A stretch of DNA of 64,000 nt from Octopus bimaculoides (taxonomy: Eukaryota): the NCBI RefSeq assembly GCF_001194135.2, contig NC_068988.1:44735970-44799969 (forward strand), in the 5' to 3' direction. The notes under the pieces are model-generated. The model was given only the letters and a program-made list of their open reading frames with translations, searched no databases and was not told where the DNA came from. The position numbers and the translations under genes are program-made. Position 1 is the first letter of the stretch. Each line of letters begins with the position of its first letter. Below are positions 43,193 to 55,639 of this stretch, piece by piece.

Positions 43193-43471
43193 GAGAATTT
43201 ACGAAAAAAACAACAAACGAAGACAGGTGGTGTAAACAACAAATNNNNNNNNNNTATATATATATATATATATGGGAGAATTTACGAAAAAAACAACAAA
43301 CGAAGACAGGTGGTGTAAACAACAAATGGATGTATTAGCTTAACGCTCGGGAATAGAGAATGTCATTGACGTTTCGAGCTACGCTCTTCAACTGAAAGGA
43401 ACACAGAAAAAAATAAGGAGAGAAACAAAGAGAAAAAAAATAAATGTAGTGGACAGCGATCTATCATGGCG
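43191..43471 (-). mobile_element. Penelope pseudo-LTR-like short repeat with hammerhead-like motif, between (TA)n tracts
   Basis: Minus 43398-43364 reads CTTT-CAGTTGA-A-GAGC-GTA-GCTC-GAAAC-GTC-AATG. 43191-43244 is duplicated across a 10-N gap. Confidence 0.6.
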
Positions 43472-43490
43472 TATATATATATATATATAT

Positions 43491-43871
43491 ATTATTAAGG
43501 TGGCTTATTTGCAATTTATAACCAAAAGGTACCAGTATAGATGTCCTTAAGGTAACTAAGGGTGCTAGTCAGCACCAGCGTTGCGAGAAATAAGAGTCAG
43601 AACAACTCTCAGCCACGCGGAAGCACTTATCTAATGACTGGCAAGGGAGATAAGCTCTGCACATCAAGCGAGACAGAGCAAGATCATCGAGGATTTTCGA
43701 ATTGATTAATCCTCATCAGTGACTCTCATCCGGTTGCCGAGGGCTAAAGCTAACTTGTCTTGTCAGTTTATAGAGAATACCGTAGGAATAAGAGGCTGAT
43801 TCAACAAATTGTTAAAGTCAAAATTATGAATTATTAAGGTGGCCTATTCTCAATTTACAACCAAAAGGCAC
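43491..43871 (-). mobile_element. 339-bp terminally redundant unit with hammerhead core (retrozyme/pLTR-like)
   Basis: 42-bp direct repeats at 43491-43532 and 43830-43871 (5 mismatches). Minus-strand CTGATGA-GGATT-AATC-AATTC-GAAA at 43719-43695. Confidence 0.5.
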
Positions 43872-43894
43872 AACGGTGCTATATATATACATAC

Positions 43895-44600
43895 ATACAG
43901 AGATACCCGGCGTTACTCGGGGTTAAAATGGCATAGTTTGTATATAATATATTACAGTAAGGTTGAAACAGGTGATATGGGAAAGTGCAGCATTGACAAC
44001 AAAACATTTGTGGAGTAAATGCAGGGCTAATTTGACTAAGCAACATGCTTTGCATCCGTTTGGAATATTTCAGGCCCTAACCTGTCATGGAAAATTGGAG
44101 GCGGGGGTTATGTGATTTTTGAACGCACCGAAAAGCTGTCAGTGGATATACTCTCTTTTCCAGCAGCACCACTGTGTCTAACACGACTCATCACCTGAAA
44201 TTTTAGCACCTCCTTCGCGTTTGTTGTCCTACATCACTCATAAGGTAAATTTGGAGAAACTGTGGTTGTTCATTTGTGGCTAACAGGGAACCAATGAGGT
44301 GATAGACTTGCCCTTTCTACTTTGACGTCGGCGTAAGTTCATGTTTATCTATCTTCTTAGATGCACCAAACGATGTCATTTGAAATGCAGAGCTGTATTG
44401 TCTGATATTGTTCAGAAAATCCTTTGACTGGATGGAAGTGCCTTCTAGAAGATTCATAAGAGGTTGAGAAGGAGTTGGTAGTGTTGGCAATGTTACCGGT
44501 TATCTGAGCAGCACATAACATTTGTTTCATTTGAAAATTTTAAAGCTCTACAGAAACGACAATTTGTGATTAGCACACCAATTTGGATCGAGTTATCATT
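43895..44600 (-). mobile_element. Helitron deletion derivative with Rep N-terminal coding remnant
   Basis: CRFCRALKFSNETNVMCC..VTLPTLP...LLEGTSIQSKDFLNNIRQYSSAFQMTSFGA...GQVYHLIGSLL..EQPQFLQIY (44575-44230). 3' hairpin-like acccggcgttactcgggg at 43905-43922. Confidence 0.9.
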
Positions 44601-44617
44601 TTTATAAGCATGTATTT

Positions 44618-45514
44618 NNNNNNNNNNNNNNNNNNNNNNNNNNNNNNNNNNNNNNNNNNNNNNNNNNNNNNNNNNNNNNNNNNNNNNNNNNNNNNNNNNN
44701 NNNNNNNNNNNNNNNNNNNNNNNNNNNNNNNNNNNNNNNNNNNNNNNNNNNNNNNNNNNNNNNNNNNNNNNNNNNNNNNNNNNNNNNNNNNNNNNNNNNN
44801 NNNNNNNNNNNNNNNNNNNNNNNNNNNNNNNNNNNNNNNNNNNNNNNNNNNNNNNNNNNNNNNNNNNNNNNNNNNNNNNNNNNNNNNNNNNNNNNNNNNN
44901 NNNNNNNNNNNNNNNNNNNNNNNNNNNNNNNNNNNNNNNNNNNNNNNNNNNNNNNNNNNNNNNNNNNNNNNNNNNNNNNNNNNNNNNNNNNNNNNNNNNN
45001 NNNNNNNNNNNNNNNNNNNNNNNNNNNNNNNNNNNNNNNNNNNNNNNNNNNNNNNNNNNNNNNNNNNNNNNNNNNNNNNNNNNNNNNNNNNNNNNNNNNN
45101 NNNNNNNNNNNNNNNNNNNNNNNNNNNNNNNNNNNNNNNNNNNNNNNNNNNNNNNNNNNNNNNNNNNNNNNNNNNNNNNNNNNNNNNNNNNNNNNNNNNN
45201 NNNNNNNNNNNNNNNNNNNNNNNNNNNNNNNNNNNNNNNNNNNNNNNNNNNNNNNNNNNNNNNNNNNNNNNNNNNNNNNNNNNNNNNNNNNNNNNNNNNN
45301 NNNNNNNNNNNNNNNNNNNNNNNNNNNNNNNNNNNNNNNNNNNNNNNNNNNNNNNNNNNNNNNNNNNNNNNNNNNNNNNNNNNNNNNNNNNNNNNNNNNN
45401 NNNNNNNNNNNNNNNNNNNNNNNNNNNNNNNNNNNNNNNNNNNNNNNNNNNNNNNNNNNNNNNNNNNNNNNNNNNNNNNNNNNNNNNNNNNNNNNNNNNN
45501 NNNNNNNNNNNNNN
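44618..45514. other. Assembly gap (largest; others at 6014-6301, 9731-9846, 11771-12170, 15586-15800, 46356-46550, 48694-49474, 50332-50434 plus short ones)
   Basis: N runs, mostly bordered by microsatellites or TEs. Confidence 0.99.
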
Positions 45515-47257
45515 TATATAGGACAGACTTCTTTCAAACTGAAAGTAATATCTCATATTACAATAGAGACATAATACTGAAATAGTGTAAGAGATAAGAA
45601 ATTCCACTGGGCTCGCATTAGGCAAGAAGTTGGAAATTTATTTGGTCCATGACACTGCATGGACCTTGGCTTTTGCATTTGACGACTGTTGCTTTAAGTA
45701 TTTTATTTCGATTTTTATGTACATATGTATATACATATGCATGTATGTATGAGCCAATGAGGGAGACCTCTATATGGTAGCTAGACATGGTAGAAATAGC
45801 AGCCAAAGGTCCCTCAAAACACCCTACTGTCTTAATCCGACAATTCTGCCTACTATGTAGTTTGAATGAGAAACTGTAACTAAAGATTAAGATTATTGAC
45901 CCCAAACTTGGACTGGACTGTGTTAAGTAGCAGAGATGTTTGGTGATTGTATGTGACTGTTTCTTCTCAATAACGAATCTTAACACAAAATATATACCAC
46001 TTCAAGTTGACTCGGACATCATAAAAGAGACAGAGAGAGGAAAGAAGAGAGACAGCACAGTGACGGTTTTGGCTGACTGTCATTCTGTACTCCCCTTGTT
46101 GCTAGCGAAACGGTATGTGCCGGCTGTCTGAGCAAACATGTTGCTTTTAATGGCGGAACAAACAGGAGGAAAAGATTACAAAAAATAGCGACTCTCACTT
46201 TGAAACCAACAACTTTGAAAATCTGTTTAGAATACGGAACGCTCCGCTGTCTCGTGTATCCATGTTTAAAATTTCAGCGTGATCAGATGAACAACACTTG
46301 AGTTATAAGCGTACAAACAGACAGAACGGATTTTATATTATATATATATATATATNNNNNNNNNNNNNNNNNNNNNNNNNNNNNNNNNNNNNNNNNNNNN
46401 NNNNNNNNNNNNNNNNNNNNNNNNNNNNNNNNNNNNNNNNNNNNNNNNNNNNNNNNNNNNNNNNNNNNNNNNNNNNNNNNNNNNNNNNNNNNNNNNNNNN
46501 NNNNNNNNNNNNNNNNNNNNNNNNNNNNNNNNNNNNNNNNNNNNNNNNNTATATATATACATATAGTCAGTGGATCATATTCATTTATTTGTTTCAGTCG
46601 TTTGACTGCGGCCATGCTGGAGCACCGCCTTTAGTCGATCAAATGGACCTCAGGACTTATTTTTTGTAAGCCTAGTACTTATTGTAGAAACACCTCTCTG
46701 TAGCTCTGTGCATATATGATGTATGTGTGTGAGTGTATGCATGTAGCGTAACTGAACTAAGCACGAGGTGTGAATATATCAAAATATAGATGTGTACATA
46801 ATACTTGCACATAAAACTGTGTTTCTTTGATCAAGCTGGCCCGGATTGACAGCGCACCACCCTTTGTGTCTGACGTAACTGAATAACAGATGATTAGAAT
46901 CTAGTCAAACTGAATATATTTTTCAACTAGTACTTATATTATCGATTCAGAATGGATGAAAGGGAAAGGCGACTCCTGCAGAATTTGAATTCAGAACGTG
47001 AAGACGAACGAAATGCCGTTAAGCGTTTCGCTCGCCGCCTTAGTCCGATTAAATATATTATTGATAGTCAGTTAGAAGATATTAAAATTTAACGTGACTT
47101 CATAGATATTCCCCTCGCCCATATCAAGAGGTAATTTACCCACCAACAGGGCCAATTTAAGGTATGGTCTCACTGGTCAGTTGCTTGGGAGCCTCATATG
47201 CTTAGTGGCCCAATTCTGGTCTATATAAGTTGTGATTTGGTGTCAATAAATAAAGCG

Positions 47258-47621
47258 CGCCGGGTGAAATGCTTAGCGGTATTTCGTCTGCCGTTACGTT
47301 CTGAGTTCAAATTCCGCCGAGGTCGACTTTGCCTTTCATCCTTTCGGGGTCGATAAATTAAGTACCAGTTATGCACAGGGGTCGATGTAATCGACTTAAT
47401 CTGTTCGTCTGTTCTTGTTTGTTCCCTCTATGTTTAGCCCCTTGTGGGCAATAACGAAATAGGTATTTCGTCTGTCTTTACGTTCTGAGTTCAAATTCCG
47501 CCGAGGTCTACTTTGCCTTTCATTCTTTCGGGGTCAATAAAAACTAGTTGCGTACTGGGGTCGATCTAATTGACTGACCCCCTCCCCCAAAATTTCGGGC
47601 CTTGTGCCTAGAGTAGAAAAG
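47258..47621 (+). mobile_element. SINE family B, dimeric, 5'-truncated, with TSD
   Basis: 13-bp TSD AATAAATAAAGCG at 47245-47257 and 47622-47634. A ~120-bp core is repeated at ~47280 and ~47463. Confidence 0.9.
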
Positions 47622-48346
47622 AATAAATAAAGCGTATAGGGCCCAGTGCATTTATTTGCCCGTGACCTACGATGAAGCGAAAGCAACTGTGTTCACTAGA
47701 ATGCATTGATTAATACTGCGAAAAGAATAGAGTTGTAAATACATTTCGACAAGAAAATTAATTCTGAAGCATGTAGATGAATCGAATATCTATGAAGTTT
47801 AAGCAAATTTTAATAACTCGTGACTTGACTCGCCGTTATATGTATTCTTGGTAAATTCGAGTTTCTCTTTATTCAGTTAAGTGTGTCGGGTTGATTATTG
47901 AAACATGTTTTCGTGTCCCGTTGCTACACCAACACAGACACACAGATATACACACAAACACAGACACACACACACGCACACACACACATACACACAGGCA
48001 AATATATATGGATGATGGATTTCCGTCGTCTCACGTCGAGGATTCGGTTGTTTGATTAACTAAATAACGTGTGCGTGAATTAATTTGTGAGTGTCTGAAT
48101 TCCACAGAAACGTGTTCCCTTAACGCAACTCTCAGCAGAATCAGTGTGACGCATTGACAAGGTAGAACATTTTGAATTACAAATACAATCCACTCGTCAT
48201 AGCTAAGTATGGAATCACCCGAGACTCTAGAAAACGACATTTACTGACATGACCATTCAGTGGGATCGAATCCAGCATCTCATGGGTGGAAAGCAAGGTT
48301 CATTAACATTCGCAATACTACGCCCACGAATATATATTCGAAACGA

Positions 48347-48392
48347 TCTATATATATAAAAATGAGAATGTGTGTCTGTCTGTCTGTCTGCC

Positions 48393-48431
<39 letters not shown>

Positions 48432-49792
48432 GTGAATCCCTAAAACTCGAGAACTACGCAACCAATTTCATTCAAATTTTACACATGCCTTACTTAGGGT
48501 TCCAGTTGTGTTTTAGTCAAAAAAAAATTATTAACTTCTTGCAGAGTTCGAGCACACGGCAACATAATATCTCCTCCACTATTTAAGTATTACGTGTCAA
48601 AAGTGAAACAAAAACACTCATGTCAAATACTTTCACTTTAAAAATGAAACTATTCCACTAACTGAAACAATCACATTTCGATACTGTAGTGACNNNNNNN
48701 NNNNNNNNNNNNNNNNNNNNNNNNNNNNNNNNNNNNNNNNNNNNNNNNNNNNNNNNNNNNNNNNNNNNNNNNNNNNNNNNNNNNNNNNNNNNNNNNNNNN
48801 NNNNNNNNNNNNNNNNNNNNNNNNNNNNNNNNNNNNNNNNNNNNNNNNNNNNNNNNNNNNNNNNNNNNNNNNNNNNNNNNNNNNNNNNNNNNNNNNNNNN
48901 NNNNNNNNNNNNNNNNNNNNNNNNNNNNNNNNNNNNNNNNNNNNNNNNNNNNNNNNNNNNNNNNNNNNNNNNNNNNNNNNNNNNNNNNNNNNNNNNNNNN
49001 NNNNNNNNNNNNNNNNNNNNNNNNNNNNNNNNNNNNNNNNNNNNNNNNNNNNNNNNNNNNNNNNNNNNNNNNNNNNNNNNNNNNNNNNNNNNNNNNNNNN
49101 NNNNNNNNNNNNNNNNNNNNNNNNNNNNNNNNNNNNNNNNNNNNNNNNNNNNNNNNNNNNNNNNNNNNNNNNNNNNNNNNNNNNNNNNNNNNNNNNNNNN
49201 NNNNNNNNNNNNNNNNNNNNNNNNNNNNNNNNNNNNNNNNNNNNNNNNNNNNNNNNNNNNNNNNNNNNNNNNNNNNNNNNNNNNNNNNNNNNNNNNNNNN
49301 NNNNNNNNNNNNNNNNNNNNNNNNNNNNNNNNNNNNNNNNNNNNNNNNNNNNNNNNNNNNNNNNNNNNNNNNNNNNNNNNNNNNNNNNNNNNNNNNNNNN
49401 NNNNNNNNNNNNNNNNNNNNNNNNNNNNNNNNNNNNNNNNNNNNNNNNNNNNNNNNNNNNNNNNNNNNNNNNNNATGGACAACTGTATGTTGGCTGCTCA
49501 AGAGTGGGCAGCAACAAAAAACCTATTTGTATATGCTCCACAAGGGAAAACAAGGAACATAGTTTACAATGAGGTGTTATAATCACAACAACAAGAAAGT
49601 ATGTACATGATCACCTTCTTTTACGAAACTTCATTGACTTTCATATATTTATATTGATATACATATATATACGTGTGTTTGGGTGCGTGTGTGTATATAC
49701 ATCTCTATATATAAAGATGATGCGTAGTCTAGACGGCGTTTTTAGATTTCATTATTCTCTTTAACCCGGGCAACGCCGGGTATTTCTGCTAG
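48347..49792 (+). mobile_element. Non-autonomous Helitron with helicase C-terminal remnant (gap 48694-49474)
   Basis: A|TC 5' end at 48347. HGQLYVGCSRVGS / NLFVYAPQGKTRNIVYNEVL* at 49475-49582. Hairpin ACCCGG-GCAACG-CCGGGT at 49764-49781. CTAG|T end at 49789-49793. Confidence 0.9.
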
Positions 49793-49844
49793 TCGTTCTA
49801 TAAAATAAAGGTTAATACCAAATCCATCTCGTTACTTAAGAAAC

Positions 49845-49875
<31 letters not shown>

Positions 49876-50094
49876 GTTATTATATATACGATCTAGGGAT
49901 TCAAGTGTTGGAAGTTAGTATGTTGAGCATTATTCGTTGACCATTACTCGTTGCATAAATATTATATCATCAGGTTCAACTAGCTAAGAAACACAAGTAG
50001 TGTGCATTTCACCTGGTCCATTCCCTTAACTTGGACTTTTATTCGCATACAGACATACATACATGCATACCCCCCATATATATATACAATGTTT

Positions 50095-50288
50095 TACTCT
50101 TTTACTTGTTTCAGTCATTTGACTGTGGCCATGCTGGAGCACCACCTTTAGTCGAGCAAATCGACCCCAGGACTTATTCTTTGGAAACCTAGTACCTATT
50201 CTATCGGTCTCTTTTGCCGAACCGCTAAGTTACGGGGACGTAATCACACCACCGATGTTGGGTGGGGAGACAAACACAGACACAAAAA

Positions 50289-50331
<43 letters not shown>

Positions 50332-50869
50332 NNNNNNNNNNNNNNNNNNNNNNNNNNNNNNNNNNNNNNNNNNNNNNNNNNNNNNNNNNNNNNNNNNNNN
50401 NNNNNNNNNNNNNNNNNNNNNNNNNNNNNNNNNNTATATATATATATATATATCCGTGAATATATTTGCAGCTTAAATGCGGCTAAACCCTAAGGGTGAA
50501 TGTTACTGTTGCTTTTAACCCCAGGAGAACATCTCCTCCAGCTAGCTATTGACACACATCTGTGCCCTGTCGGTATTTGCAAAGGGAAGTCATCCTTCTC
50601 ATCGTCGATCTGACGTGATACGCACGGACTCGAGTTTCTCGAGTGTTCGATTAAATGTTTACTACAGAATATACATTGTTTTACTCGGTTCAGTCATTGG
50701 AATGTGGCCATACTGAAGCACTGTCTCGGCACATTAGTCGATCAAATGAATCTCAATATTTTTTTAATGCGGTACTAATTCTTAGGTTCGCTTGTTGCCA
50801 AATACCTAGCTTATAACGACGTAAACGAATCAATACCGTTTGTTAAGTGGTGAGAGGTAAAACACATCG

Positions 50870-50941
<72 letters not shown>

Positions 50942-51055
50942 TCACCCAAACATACTCACAAGGTATTGGACAACCCGATGTTATAGTAGAAGACCCTTTC
51001 CAAAGGTAGTGCACGGCGGAACTGGACCTCATCAAATGGCATACTGAACCAAGCA
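50095..51055 (-). mobile_element. Two SINE family A copies (50095-50300 partial; 50670-51055)
   Basis: Reverse-complement matches to 15986-16382. Confidence 0.75.
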
Positions 51056-51394
51056 GCTTTGCCAGCATCTGCATGTATATATGTGTGTATGTATGTATGT
51101 ATGTATGGATGGATGGATGGATGGATGGATGGATGTATGGATGAATGGATGGATATATGTATGTATGTATGTATGTACGAATGTATGTCACTATTCAGTT
51201 GAATTTCAAGATTTCTTGTCAATGAAAGAGCCGGTTTCTAACCTAGATCCAAGGCTCCTTCATTGAATTCAACAACAACAGCATATGCGTACGCGTGCAC
51301 TATTTATAGCCAGTACTTGTGCAGATTTGTATATTTTGTTTTATGTATGTATTCTCATGCACATAGTTGCATGTCTAGATATGCTCTTATATAT

Positions 51395-51780
51395 TCAAAT
51401 TATAAACTTCTAGAAAGTTTTACAGATTTTTACAGTTCCAGTGATGGCTTCGAGCCGTAATCTTCCAATCAGCTTTATTCTTTTTGATTTTGTGAAACAT
51501 AATCTCTCAAGATTGGTACTTAGGTAATGTGTTACATATCCCAGTGCCCCAATAATATAAACCTGAACTTGTATTCTGGGTAGACTAACTGTAGATTTCT
51601 CAATAGTTCAACATATGTATTTTCTTTTTCGCTGATCTTTAGCTTTATGTTAACATTTGCCGGGTGGCTGATTTCTCCAACTGTACACAGTTTCTCTTCC
51701 CTGTCCCAAATCACTATGTCCAGTGTATTATGTTTAAATTTTATTGACGTTTGCACTGGTATTGGGACAGTCCACCATTA
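51395..51780 (-). mobile_element. RLE-type LINE 3' end (restriction-like endonuclease)
   Basis: KHNTLDIVIWDREEKLCTVGEISHPANVNIKLKISEKENTYVELLRNLQ..YKFRFI...GTVKICKTF: PD..(D/E).S.P RLE pattern. Flanked by (TATG)n. Confidence 0.75.
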
Positions 51781-52779
51781 CTCCTATGTATGTATGTATT
51801 TATGTATGTATGTATGTATGTATGTATGTATTCTGTGTCAGGTCACTTGTGAGGCTCTCATGAGTGCTACTGGCAACATGGAATCCAATACAACTTGTTG
51901 CATGGTCGGATCATCGGCGACAAAAACTGTACTCTTATTAGGCTTGTCTGGTGAGGAGTCTTACTAGAAACCCAGCAGGATTCAAACCAAGTCTTGTCAA
52001 AAGGATGGACGAACCTAGTCCAACGATTATCTTTCTGTAGCACGGAACTTAAGAAATTCCGATTTGGTATCCAGCAGGCTGGAAGACCATTAATGGTGAG
52101 GTACCCCTTAGTTTTTGTTAAAGAGAATCTCTAGGAGAAGGTCACTCTGATATAAAAGCCGATATGCAAGGAATGGCATTGAGCCTTTTGGGGATCTTTT
52201 GCTTGCGCTGAAGATTATATCGCTTGCGACCTATATTGGTACTGGATATCTTGCACAGCCTTTTATCTGGAACATGTCAATAGGGTGAAGAGGGTCTGCG
52301 AAGCTCTGTGCAAGCCTTACTGGACCTAAACTTTTAGGTTGTGTAATCGTCGGCGAGGTGACTATCCGATGCCCGGTCGAGTATGGAAGCTGCATGACGC
52401 AAAACCTGGTGAAACCGACTGCTGGTGCAATAACATCATGCACGGGAATTGCTGGCATTTTGCATGGGTATTAGTCAATGATGGTGTTTCTGGTTATGAG
52501 TAGTCAGCCATTTTGTCTGTCTGTTTGTCTTTATGCATGCATATGTATGCATGTGTGTATGAGTACGAATGATGAATTTTGTCAAACAAATGCATGAGGA
52601 GTACTCATGTATTTATTGAAGCTGAATATTTATCTCGGGACTAGAGTTTCAAGCAAGTACGATCTTCAGGTGAGAGCTGTTACAACTTGGTTTGGGGGTG
52701 TCTTTATAATCGTTGGCGTGGGTAGGTCTGGCTTCTTTTGTCTGTTCATTGGTTTGTGTTTGTTGATTTGCCATTATTT

Positions 52780-53430
52780 TCTCTCATTATTTAGTCTTAT
52801 CGTATATTTAGCTTGAGGAGAATGTTTTAAATGTTTTTTTTTAATGAAATTAATCTAATTAAGGCAACTTGTATAATTTTTTGTTTTTGGCAAAATTCAT
52901 TCTGGCATGCTTTTTGTGAAGTTTTCTTTGTTATGTTTTGTATAATGTTTATGAATATTGTCACCATGGTAAGGTTCTGCAGACGGGGATTGCATTATGG
53001 TGAAGATCAGGGAATTTTAATGGTTTGTCTATTTGGTGTGAATCTAACTTGTGAATCACATTCAAAACCTTTCAAATAATGTTTGAAGAATTTCTTATAG
53101 TGCATGAGATACTTCATGGTTGAGTGACTTGTGTGAATTTTTTTAGAATTTTGTTTGGTTAGGAATGAATATTTTTTTAAGTGAGTTACGTTGAGACTCA
53201 AATTAATTAAAGATCTTTGGCTATTTCATTGCGGCATATGATTTTGAAATTTTGTTGAGTATGTATGTTTGAGTTTCTGTCTGTCTGTCTGTCTGTATGT
53301 GTGTGAATGTTGTGCTCAAGATTTGTTTTATCTTGCGTGTTGAACACCCATCCTCGTATTCTTGTTTATTATTTATCAGTTTTTGTCGGCATGTTTGGAA
53401 TTTGTTTTGATGAGTATGAAGAGATATTTT
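52780..53430 (-). mobile_element. Possible Penelope ORF N-terminal remnant
   Basis: MKYLMH..(R)NSSNII.KGF resembles PLE N-terminal FL..C....IIPKG. Very degenerate. Confidence 0.3.
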
Positions 53431-53819
53431 CATAAGCTGGGGATTGGTATGGCTTATTCGTATTGTCTGATAAGCTAATTAAAGAGATTTTGTTTGTTTA
53501 GTTTACTGGAGAGAACGTGTTAATTTTAAATGAATAATTGCTTTTACCTGTGTGTGTGTGTGTGTCTGTGTTATGTGCCAAGGTTTGCTTTTTAATGCAG
53601 CTTATTGTTCGATGTGTTAGTTTATTCGAGTATTTTGGCAACGAGGTATTTTTTTATTTGTCTTTATGTCTGTTGTATTGTTTGTGGATTTTGGTCGGCT
53701 GTTGTTAGTCAAATTGCTGTAGGTGTAATAATTGTTTCTAATTTAAGCACAGTACAACAAAGATTATGGGGGAGGAATGTTAGCCAATATCATTGACACC
53801 AGTATTTTACTGTAACTTT

Positions 53820-55480
53820 GTTTTATTGGCCCAGAAATTATGAAAAATGAAGTTGACTTGGAAATGTCTGCCATGTGTAAAGTAGTAAGCAGATATATTA
53901 AAAACACATCATGGGAAAAATAGTAAATAATTGTACAGTTACAGACAAAAAAGATTATAATCTAATCTAGACTAGCACTAACACTTTCAACCAACACGTT
54001 AAACGAGACTGGGACAGGATACCAATATTATGAGAGCATAATTAACCACTTTTTGTTGAACGCGCAGATGACAGACAAATACACTTTCTGTAAAGAGTAC
54101 AGGGAATTTCGACAGCAACTGGTATGGATTTGTGTTACAGAAATGCACCAAGGGAACCTGAAAAAGAATTCAGTTAGTAGAAATACTAATATCAAGTTAG
54201 ATAAAGAAACAAAAGTGAAAGTATATATCAGATACAAACTTTAAGTGTCAATGAAAAAGACAGTACAACCTACAAAAATGAAATGGTTAAGAAGTAATAT
54301 TTAGACGCATTAGATAAATATTTAAAACAGAACTAAATGCCAAAAGTAAAACAACTGCTATCAATACTCTTGCTGTCCCAGTATTAAGTTATAATATTTT
54401 CAAATGAATGCTAAATGAATTAGCTAGACCAGACAGAAAGTGAAGTAAAATAGTAACTGCATTAAGAATGAATAAAATATAGAGTTTGGCTTAGAAAAAG
54501 TATATTTACCACGAATATACGAAGATATGAACTCATGCAACTAAAATATTGCACAAACATTTAGTAAAATAACAATAGAAAAACCAATATAAATAGGTAG
54601 AAAATTCGAACAAAGCTTTATTCCCTTTTAATTGAAGCTGAACTAAGGGTACATTTGGGATAAGCAAGAAGAAACAATAGCAAATTGTGAAAAGGCTAAA
54701 GACTGAACCACATCATTCTATGATAAAATAATGCCAAAAAAAGCTTCTATCATGGCAATTACCTTAAAAACCGATCTGGTTGAATTGACAAATAAAAATC
54801 GCAGCAGTGACTGGGGAAAGGATACCTCAAAGCTACAACCGGAAGATTCAAAATATCAAACCCTTTTCATTAAAACAAACGGTGTATCTGAGCAGATTAC
54901 GTACGGGTAGAATATATTGGGCCGGGGAAGAAACAATCTTATTATCTCTGGTCGCCCAGTCATAGCCTAATGGGAATACATCTGTAGTCATAGGGAAGTT
55001 GGGGTTTTTATTATGACATTTTTTATTATGAACTTTTTTTATGGGAAATATGCCATCATTATGAAATCCCAGCAACAGTCATCAGAAAAAGCTTCAGAGA
55101 ATGAAATAAAGTGTCCATACTCTGCAATATACCAATCTTCATAGACAGGAAAATCAAAGCTAATCGGTTGGATATGTTGTCAAGGAACATAAGTAAAGAA
55201 AGTGCCTCCTAATGCAAATATCAAACCCAACTGACAATAATGTATATCAAAAGGAAAATGAAAAAAACATACAGATATAAAGATCTAGAAGTAGAGATAA
55301 CCAGTATGTACAGAGTGAAAGCAGAAAGAATTCCTATAACGATAGGTGCTTTGGAAAGGATTAAAAAATATGCAAATACATAAACAAAAACACTAGAATT
55401 TACAACAACAGAGCAGAAGTACAACAAACAGTAAACAGCACTATTAAACACTGCATGCATATTACGTAGAGTCCTGACAA
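53820..55480 (+). mobile_element. R4/Dong-like LINE 3' half (RT end, CCHC region, RLE), degenerate
   Basis: LNETGTGYQY..INHFL; KTELNAKSKTTAINTLAVPVLSY; SGRPVIA*WEY; IFIDRKIKANR.D; RYKDLEVEITSMY...IPITIGAL; TALLNTACILRRVL. Followed by (TAC)n at 55578-55637. Confidence 0.85.
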
Positions 55481-55575
55481 TAGAAAAGATACAAAACTAG
55501 AACAAAACTATTAATGTAACCAAGAAATACAGAACTGTTATCGGCTTTGCAGTGAAAGCACGTAATATAAATAAG

Positions 55576-55639
<64 letters not shown>

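Noticed and set aside
43191-43326. Exact ~54-bp direct repeat
   Set aside because: Also spans a 10-N gap; likely an assembly artefact.
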